A DNA stretch of 64,000 nucleotides from assembly GCA_022842645.1 (NCBI GenBank), contig JALHPE010000002.1, positions 1,322-65,321 of the forward strand, read 5' to 3'. Source of the stretch: Minisyncoccota bacterium (GTDB taxonomy: Bacteria > Patescibacteriota > Minisyncoccia > Phycocordibacterales > UBA2100). Both the position numbers and the translations under genes were made by a program. The notes beneath the pieces are model-generated. The model saw only the letters and a list, made by a program, of their open reading frames with translations, searched no databases and was not told the DNA's origin. The stretch's first letter is position 1. Every line of letters starts with the position of its first letter. Positions 37,156 through 44,124 of this stretch are shown here, one piece after another.

Positions 37156-37319
37156 GTATGGAAAAAATAAAAATTGAACAACACACTGTTTCCGGCGGCG
37201 CATGGTGTGCCGCATGGCTCTTTACTGTCGGCTACCTGCAACTTTCATTCTGGAAGGGTGTATTAGCACTCCTCCTCTGGCCATATTACCTCGGTGTGCA
37301 CTTTAGTCCGTTGGTGTAG
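37152..37319 (+). CDS. Possible 55-aa hydrophobic peptide (overlaps the upstream stop, ATGA)
   Basis: ATG overlaps the stop of the preceding gene. Two hydrophobic segments. Confidence 0.2.
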   Translation: MSMEKIKIEQHTVSGGAWCAAWLFTVGYLQLSFWKGVLALLLWPYYLGVHFSPLV

Positions 37320-37331
37320 CACGCTGCGCGA

Positions 37332-38015
37332 TTACTGTTCGTGATCCTGCACCGCAGGTTCTCTTGATTTTTGATGCGATCGAAAGCGGCGGACGCTGTA
37401 TATGACTACCGTTATCATCCCAAGAAGCAGGAGACTCAAAAAGATATATTTTTCAAACCGCGAAATTGCTGTTGCATATGTTGCATAAACCTCACCCACC
37501 TGCCACCCCACGAGGCCTAAACAAAAAGCCCGCAGAAATGATCCTATTCCCGTAATAACAAGAAATGTGGGGTAGGGGTAACGTATAAGGCCGCAAAATC
37601 CAGAAATGCCCACACCGGGAACAATGGGAAGTAAACGCAAAATAAACAATACAACCTCGTCAGTCCGCCCCTGTCGCATGCGCGCCTGGGTGCGCTCAAC
37701 TGACTCCCAGTGAAGACCTATCCATCGTCCGATGTAATCAATAGCTGGTTTTCCACCAAAATAACCAAATGCATACACTACAGATGACCCTAGGCTTACC
37801 CCAATAGAAACAGGTAGTGCGATCTGCGTGAGAGAGGCCACGACAGCCAGGGAAAATGTGTAGTCATCGGGCAGCAAGAAGAATCCTGCAGACAAAGGGA
37901 TTAGTGGTGAGGGAATGGGCGCAACAAATTCTTCTATGATAGTTGCAACAAATACCCCCCATGCACCATATGTCACTATGATGTTTTGGATGTAGATGAT
38001 CAAACTTTCTAACAT
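37332..38015 (-). CDS. DedA/VTT-domain membrane protein
   Basis: YGAWGVFVATIIEEFVAPIPS. Confidence 0.6.
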   Translation of the reverse strand: MLESLIIYIQNIIVTYGAWGVFVATIIEEFVAPIPSPLIPLSAGFFLLPDDYTFSLAVVASLTQIALPVSIGVSLGSSVVYAFGYFGGKPAIDYIGRWIGLHWESVERTQARMRQGRTDEVVLFILRLLPIVPGVGISGFCGLIRYPYPTFLVITGIGSFLRAFCLGLVGWQVGEVYATYATAISRFEKYIFLSLLLLGMITVVIYSVRRFRSHQKSREPAVQDHEQ

Positions 38016-38105
38016 GAGATATAGCGCGCTAGTCGTTTTGGTGGTTTCCTCAGATGCGCTCTGAAACCAGTGTATGCGTGTGCATATCCACGGTGACTCA
38101 GAGCT

Positions 38106-38381
38106 TTAAAAGAAATCAAATAAGTCACTCAGCGGATTTTCTCTTCTGTTTTGTCCTCCAAAACCATTACGTTGTGGCGATCCATCCTCATCTTCGTCGT
38201 TGTGGGGTGTAGATCTTGATGCGCCATTAGAGTGTGAGGTAAATTCGCTTCCGGAGCGCTCGATGATTTTATCGAGTTCCCCTCGATCAAGCCACACACC
38301 TCGGCATTGTGGGCAATAATCAATCTCAATTCCTTGACGATCGCTCATTACAAGAGAAACATTGCACGTTGGACAGTTCAT
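38106..38381 (-). CDS. Zinc-ribbon protein (zf-TFIIB-like, bacterial)
   Basis: CPTC...19 aa...CPQCRGVWLDRGELDKI. Confidence 0.55.
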   Translation of the reverse strand: MNCPTCNVSLVMSDRQGIEIDYCPQCRGVWLDRGELDKIIERSGSEFTSHSNGASRSTPHNDEDEDGSPQRNGFGGQNRRENPLSDLFDFF

Positions 38382-38594
38382 ATGAAAGCATTATACGGTC
38401 TTCAATTCATGTGTCTAGTTTCTTTGGCGTGAGACGTCGTTTCGCAGTCGGAATCAGTGTGCTATCTGGAGTCGAGATTACGTGCCGCAGGGAGAGCAAA
38501 AGTATTGGGACCGTCTCGATTTGCGCTTGAAATAAAAGCCGCTCGATCGAAATCGAGCGGCTCTCAGCGAACGGGCGAAGCTGCAAAAGTAGCT

Positions 38595-38873
38595 CTATCG
38601 TGCTGGCGCGGTGTTTGCTTCCTGACACGTCGGTGAGTTGTCATTGTCCCACCTTGTGCCATCGCCGTTACATTTTCCCACGGTACCCTTCGCAACGCAC
38701 AAGTAGGCGCCGGGCGAGTACAGGCGGTCGTGAAAAACGCAGAACCCCTTTGGTGGGGGTGTATACCCGCACACTGTACACGGAGCTGTCGGATTGGTGG
38801 GGCGGCTGGGATCTTCAGCCATAGCTGCAATTGGAATCAATATCAACGCTGCAGAAAGAGCGAGTTGTCTCAT
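38595..38873 (-). CDS. Small secreted Cys-rich protein
   Basis: Signal peptide MRQLALSAALILIPIAAMA and 7 Cys residues. Confidence 0.35.
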   Translation of the reverse strand: MRQLALSAALILIPIAAMAEDPSRPTNPTAPCTVCGYTPPPKGFCVFHDRLYSPGAYLCVAKGTVGKCNGDGTRWDNDNSPTCQEANTAPAR

Positions 38874-39064
38874 GTCGTCTACCTCCAGATTTGTGGCACA
38901 AAGGTACTCACGAAGTAAGCATCCGGCCACCGGCACAACTTCTATCATTATTTCTTTTTATTGTCACGCTGCTGCTAGTCGCGAGAGCGTGAATTCAAAA
39001 TCTGAATAAATAATGTCAGAGTTCTTTATACATCACAGAAAAGGCAAGGAACTTATTGTGTGAT

Positions 39065-39092
39065 AAAAAGCCGCCCCTTGTGGAGGGGCGGC
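39065..39092 (-). terminator. Rho-independent terminator for the 39106-39558 gene
   Basis: GCCGCCCC-ttgtgga-GGGGCGGC with a T-run on the minus strand. Confidence 0.55.
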
Positions 39093-39105
39093 TGCAAAGA
39101 GCGAT

Positions 39106-39558
39106 TTAGGTAGCCGGTACGATGCGAGCACCGATGCTTTCGAGATATGCTCGAGATTTGTCAGAAATGCTTCCAACTGTACCAGTCTCAATTGCAAGAG
39201 GCGATGCTTTAATGAGCTTGATGAGTTTGGTCGTGTCGATGCAGCGGTGCACTTTGTGCCAACCGCTCTTCTTCTCGACGCTAACGCCACCACGTATGTA
39301 CCGACCCGTGAACATAATCCCAATCCTGTTGCCTTGGTCTTCGACCGAAACAACCTTGGCGCGATCATAGCCGTAGACCTTACCGCTCGGCTGTTCGGCA
39401 TCTATCCAGATCGTTGCGCCCTTTTCGATTTTGGCGAGTTCGTTGAGCGGAATACATTCGAACAACGCACCAATTTCTCGACTTCGGAAGCCAGTCCATT
39501 TGTTGTAGTACACAACTTCATCGGGGAGTTTTGCAGTATCAGATTTCCTCGTTGCCAT
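39106..39558 (-). CDS. Hypothetical protein, co-oriented downstream of the KAP NTPase
   Basis: 150-aa ORF with GGAGAA RBS. No recognised motif. Confidence 0.4.
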   Translation of the reverse strand: MATRKSDTAKLPDEVVYYNKWTGFRSREIGALFECIPLNELAKIEKGATIWIDAEQPSGKVYGYDRAKVVSVEDQGNRIGIMFTGRYIRGGVSVEKKSGWHKVHRCIDTTKLIKLIKASPLAIETGTVGSISDKSRAYLESIGARIVPAT

Positions 39559-39929
39559 CACTATTCTCCTCGTTTGAGAGCAAAAATCCGCCCCGCAGGG
39601 CAGACTGCCAGCTTTATACCACAAAATGTGAAATACATCAGGTAAATGACGTCCGATTCCTCTTCAGTAGGCCTGAGCCAAGCTGTGGCCAATTTGGCGC
39701 CAAATGAGCCAGTCCTTGGCTCACGCCTGGGCGAAAAACGGCAAGTTTTCTCGCTGTGGGGAGGGGATAGTACACGATAATTATAGCTGAAAGCCAAACG
39801 GCAGGGGAAAGCCATTTGGCAAGTACATGCAGAGAATGCGTAGCTTCTTTAGGTGAGTGGTTTCTTTTTGCTTACTATCTTGCCCCCCGCCCTCTATGGC
39901 AACTTAAATTACACGGAAATCGAGATAGG

Positions 39930-42900
39930 TTAAGCCGCCATTTTCTCAATCCGTTCGTAAAATTCTTTAGAACGTTTATTGACAAGTCCATATTCTAAAA
40001 TGGCATGAGCAGTGTATTTCTGAACTTCTCTACCTTTGCGAGTTAGTTCATCATACACTTTTTCAAAAAGCTGCTTATTATCGGAATAGGTAATATTGGC
40101 TTCCTTTGCAATATTTAAGATACGCTCAACCACTGTTTTATTCTCCATTGAACGCATTAGAATATGATTAATAAGTATGTGACCAAGTCTTTCATACGAA
40201 GCTGCCGTCATTGGTAATTGTGAAATTAATGACAGTGCAGGAGCATAATGGTCTAAGCCCGAGAGGTTTTGATGTTCCAAATATTCAGTCATTGTGCTCG
40301 TAATCTCTTCCATTTCTGACTTGGTGAGATAACCCTGAATTTTGTACTTATACACTAACTCTGTCATCTGTCGTTGATGGTCAGTATTTGTACTCTCCAG
40401 ATTTTTGGTGATTACAGCAACGAGTACTTTTTTGAAGGCAGCTTCATTGAATTTAATCTTTGGCAGTGCAGTCATGAGAGTAATCTTCTCGGGGAAGTTT
40501 TCTCGTTGGGCACGACTTAGTGTGCAGTTAGCAACTAATTCAGGGTTTGTTACCTTCCTTAATTCAGTAAACTGTTCAAGTGCAGCGAGATAATGCGGTG
40601 CATTCTTGATAGTTCGGGCGAGGAAAGATTCTTTGTGTTGTGCGTCAAAATGCGAAGACAATGAGCGAAATACTTCATGATCTTGGAAGCTGCGCGATTC
40701 GAGAATTTCTCTTAAGTTGTCATAAGCAGGACCTGGTTTATTAAGAAAGTCCGTTGCCGACAAGACTTTTTCCAATGTAGATACGGGCGAGGAAGTCAGT
40801 ATCTCATTCGTGTACTGTTTGAGGGGCTCAATGTTGTCGTCATGGTGTTCTACTGCAAGACCTCTCAAAATGAGCAGGTTTGTCGTTACTGCCACTCGCG
40901 GTATCGGATTGTTGTTCTGGTCGTAATTCTGTCTAAGACGAGCTGTAAGTGCTGTAATTTGGTCGGCCGTGACTCTCGAATCAACCTTCTCGAGACTTTC
41001 TCGTATCGCGGTATTTACTATTTCCACTGCTCTGTCGTCGCCAATAGCCGGTTGCTGAGCAGCAAGCTCAGAAAGCTTGTGGAAAAGAGCATTGATAGAG
41101 TGCTCATTAAGAGTTGATTCAGCAGTCAGAACCAATCGTACTTTTCGGAGGAGGGGAGAAGTGGTGATGTCGAGAATGCTCAAATCTGAAGAAGTAATCG
41201 TTCGAACAATTCTCTCTAAGTGTTCATTACGAATATACGCTTTTCGAGCCTTTAGATTGGGTATGAAGATGTCAGCATTATCAAGGTCTTCGAGTAAGCT
41301 ATTTTCTCCTAAGATTGAAGAAATTTCTTCGATTTGCCCCTCGCTAAACAGTTCGGGGTTATCAGAAATCTTTTTGAGCAGTTGCTTCCTATATGTATCG
41401 TCATCTATGTTGACTCTAAAAGCTTCGGCGCGTGCAACACGCTCCAGGAGTGAGACGTATTTCTTTGCAAGCTGTAATCGGTTCGAACCGTTAACTCTGG
41501 GCATCAAGTAATCAAAAAGAACAGGCAATCTAAAGCCCTCAATGTAATGAGTAGATTCGGTTTCTGTTCCCAAGATATATGCCGCTATGCGGTTCAAGAA
41601 ACTGGACGAAAATCCAATATTTTGGACCGTATTATTACTGAAAAAGGTATTAATAATGTTGTAAACTCGTACAGCACTTGATTTAACATTTTCGATATTC
41701 TCAATAATAAATTGCTCTAAATATCTGGGACTGCCCGTTTCTGCTTTTCCAAGCATTTCGGTCACCTTATCGTCGTCACCATCCTGAAGTGCCTCTGTGA
41801 GTTTTTCTGCATTTGTGCTGATGCGTCGCGAGTCCTCAGATTGCTTAAGGAAAATAAAAGGTGAAATATTATTGGTCGTTATAAACTTCGTGCGCAGAAG
41901 GAATCTGTATAGAGAGTCATCCCCTCGATGCTCGAAGCGTTTTCGCAGTTTATCGTCTTCAGGAATCTTATTTTCAACAATGTGCCTATCAACAACATTC
42001 CATAAACCCGGCTCTTGTTTCAGGTCATTGAAAAAATCAGGATAGCGTTGTTCAATGACCATGACTTTTGCAAGCATTTGGATATTTCGAGTTACTACGC
42101 CCCTTGGCTGTAGTATGTTGCCATCATTTTCTCGATGGTGAGCGAGCAAGAAAGAGGAGATAAGAGCATTAATAAATTGCTTAATTTTCCTAGGGTTAGG
42201 GTTATCACGATGAGAAGAAGATATAACCGCGAGCAAATCCGAGCGCGTTTGCTCGTCAGGCATGGGTAATTTGGTTTCAGCAATTAAGCCACCTGTAAAT
42301 CTGTCTAGGTCACCCGCCAATACAGGAGGGATGCGGACATATGTGTTGAAGAATTTTCGCAAAAATTCATCTGTGTACCGTTCTCCTATAGTTTCGGATT
42401 CCTTATTATTCGATTCTTTGTGATAGATATGCAACAAGTGTCTTTTAATCGCTTTCTCGTCGCACTGAATAAGAAAAGCAACACGCTCATATTCCAAGAA
42501 CGTCTTAACGGAAGAAAGCAGTTGTAAGATTTTCTCATCAGAAACTCTATCCAAGTTATCGATGATAATCACTACTTTTTCGAATCCTTGCTTTATTTTT
42601 GCATCAATAATCGATTCAAAGAGCTTTTCGAATTGCTCTGCAAATTCGATACGATGTTCAGTGACTGTTATCTCATGCACCTTCAGGACTCCTTTGGCTG
42701 CCGAGAAGAACCAATCTAGAACTTTGCTTAAAAATTCTTTTGCAAATACCACCGCAATCGCGGTGAAGGTACCGACACCGCCTAAGATTTGCAATATCCA
42801 TTTGTATACAGAATTGACAGTCAAATCAGCTGCGAAAAACATCGCAACTCCAACTGTTGCAATTGCAATTGGTACCAGTAACCTAACCCAGCTGTTCTTA

Positions 42901-43328
42901 TCGGGAGAAAGAGAATTCTGCTGTTCGATGTGGGAGGAAGACTCATATATTTTTTTCAGCTTCTCCAGTCCAGTATTTAGTCCGGTTTTATCATCCAAGA
43001 AAATCAAGAACTGACGGCGAAAGCTGTCTGATTCGTATTTCCAAATATCAAATTCGACAACTGCTGTTTTTGTGGGGTCAATGAATTCTGTGCGCAGTAA
43101 CCTACCGATACCGCTTTTTCCTGTTCCCCAGCTGCCAAAAAGCCCTACCGTAAATGGCCCTTCCTCATGCTTCCATTTTGCAAGTACGTCACCTAAGGTT
43201 CGGGCAACTGACCTGTGTTCAAGAGCGTCATTTGCGGGCTCACTTATCGGCCTATCAGGTAAAAAAGATACGCTTTCAACACCGTCTTGGGGGTCGTTAC
43301 CGTTTTGGGAGTCGTTTTCGGAGGTCAT
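39930..43328 (-). CDS. KAP-family P-loop NTPase (1132 aa) with intra-domain TM hairpin and long helical C-terminal region
   Basis: Walker A LFGSWGTGKSGIG, DIWKYES, Walker B VVIIIDNLDR, and two TM helices (LLVPIAIATVGVAMFFA / ILGGVGTFTAIAVVFA) inserted between Walker A and B. AT-rich relative to flanks. Confidence 0.7.
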   Translation of the reverse strand: MTSENDSQNGNDPQDGVESVSFLPDRPISEPANDALEHRSVARTLGDVLAKWKHEEGPFTVGLFGSWGTGKSGIGRLLRTEFIDPTKTAVVEFDIWKYESDSFRRQFLIFLDDKTGLNTGLEKLKKIYESSSHIEQQNSLSPDKNSWVRLLVPIAIATVGVAMFFAADLTVNSVYKWILQILGGVGTFTAIAVVFAKEFLSKVLDWFFSAAKGVLKVHEITVTEHRIEFAEQFEKLFESIIDAKIKQGFEKVVIIIDNLDRVSDEKILQLLSSVKTFLEYERVAFLIQCDEKAIKRHLLHIYHKESNNKESETIGERYTDEFLRKFFNTYVRIPPVLAGDLDRFTGGLIAETKLPMPDEQTRSDLLAVISSSHRDNPNPRKIKQFINALISSFLLAHHRENDGNILQPRGVVTRNIQMLAKVMVIEQRYPDFFNDLKQEPGLWNVVDRHIVENKIPEDDKLRKRFEHRGDDSLYRFLLRTKFITTNNISPFIFLKQSEDSRRISTNAEKLTEALQDGDDDKVTEMLGKAETGSPRYLEQFIIENIENVKSSAVRVYNIINTFFSNNTVQNIGFSSSFLNRIAAYILGTETESTHYIEGFRLPVLFDYLMPRVNGSNRLQLAKKYVSLLERVARAEAFRVNIDDDTYRKQLLKKISDNPELFSEGQIEEISSILGENSLLEDLDNADIFIPNLKARKAYIRNEHLERIVRTITSSDLSILDITTSPLLRKVRLVLTAESTLNEHSINALFHKLSELAAQQPAIGDDRAVEIVNTAIRESLEKVDSRVTADQITALTARLRQNYDQNNNPIPRVAVTTNLLILRGLAVEHHDDNIEPLKQYTNEILTSSPVSTLEKVLSATDFLNKPGPAYDNLREILESRSFQDHEVFRSLSSHFDAQHKESFLARTIKNAPHYLAALEQFTELRKVTNPELVANCTLSRAQRENFPEKITLMTALPKIKFNEAAFKKVLVAVITKNLESTNTDHQRQMTELVYKYKIQGYLTKSEMEEITSTMTEYLEHQNLSGLDHYAPALSLISQLPMTAASYERLGHILINHILMRSMENKTVVERILNIAKEANITYSDNKQLFEKVYDELTRKGREVQKYTAHAILEYGLVNKRSKEFYERIEKMAA

Positions 43329-43511
43329 GTTGATTAATTCATGAAATCATTCGTTAAACCACTTGGTTTGTCAATTAAGGAAACGAAGCGCTTTTCGAGC
43401 GGTTATGAAGCTATGGGTGGTAGTAGGGTCAGGTACCGCAAAGTAAATACATCATGTTGTAATGATATTCATATCGGAGAGCGCTGCTAGCAATCACATC
43501 AATCGCTTTAC

Positions 43512-43650
43512 TCCGCGGGTAGTCGGCGTCGCCGGAGGCGAACCAGGCGCCTCGTTTTGGATAGGTGCTCGCCACCGCTCGCGCGAATTCTTTGCGAGTA
43601 GACTCGCCACCCAATAGGACTCTCACCCAAGGGTTCGAGTCCAGCCCGCG
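43512..43650 (+). other. tRNA-derived remnant: 12-nt direct copy (43511-43522) and an approximately 23-nt diverged inverted copy (43628-43650) of the tRNA-Asn 3' end, bracketing a hairpin-rich 105-nt segment
   Basis: CTCCGCGGGTAG repeats the sequence at 43701-43712. GGTTCGAGTCCAGCCCGCGGAG mimics the T-arm + acceptor, but its T-stem cannot pair. Confidence 0.3.
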
Positions 43651-43700
43651 GAGGAGTTGCAACAGAAAACGCCCACAAGGGGCGTCTCTGTTTTGCAAAG

Positions 43701-44012
43701 CTCCGCGGGTAGGACTCGAACCTACAACCAACTCGTTACACTTTGTCCCGAAATTTCTTAAGGGGGTGGACTATATCATCATCCTTCGTTCTAAACGGAT
43801 CGGATGCGAGGTGCTTCGGGCGCTTTCGCGCTCTACTCCCTTACGGGATAGTCTCTGAACCTTCTCGTCAATTTTTACATTGACGAGCTCGGCTGCTGAT
43901 TACCCACCGATTAGGGTTTGGGCTTCCAGCAATTCTCCTCGTTTTTCTTCCCGCATTCCTACAGGAAGCTGCCTACTGACAGCGAGCTGCTCTACCATTG
44001 AGCTACCGCGGA
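43701..44012 (-). tRNA. tRNA-Asn(GUU) interrupted by a group I intron between positions 35 and 36 (exons 44012-43979 and 43738-43701)
   Basis: The spliced sequence has a full cloverleaf. U1:A72, G73, anticodon loop CUGUUAA and T-loop UUCGAGU all match bacterial tRNA-Asn. Confidence 0.7.
43739..43978 (-). ncRNA. Group I self-splicing intron (240 nt, no ORF)
   Basis: P/Q/R/S core elements occur in order: AATTGCTGGAAG, AATCAGCAGCC, GTTCAGAGACTA, GATATAGTCC. Exon 1 ends in U, which pairs with G in the P1 guide GGCAGC. The intron ends in G. Confidence 0.7.
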
Positions 44013-44076
44013 ATATACCGTTAATCGCTTAACGGCTGCGGGGCAGTATAGCTGAAAAGCCCAGGATTTCAAACGG

Positions 44077-44101
44077 AAAAACCCGCCTGTGGCGGGTTTT
44101 T
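44077..44101. terminator. Bidirectional rho-independent terminator
   Basis: AAAAACCCGCC-tgt-GGCGGGTTTTT. Confidence 0.55.
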
Positions 44102-44124
44102 GCGTCACTCTTGTGCGAGAGGTT

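Noticed and set aside
43628-43650. GGTTCGAGTCC T-loop-like sequence as a second intact plus-strand tRNA
   Set aside because: The flanking T-stem bases cannot pair (AAGGG vs CCAGC). A 5' partner would make a 138-nt molecule with no D-arm, so it is treated as a degraded fragment or scar rather than a gene.
43429-43731. 100-aa ORF and the 97-aa plus ORF at 43565-43858 across the tRNA locus
   Set aside because: They overlap the tRNA-Asn exon 2 and intron, have no RBS or motifs, and the region is better explained as RNA genes and remnants.
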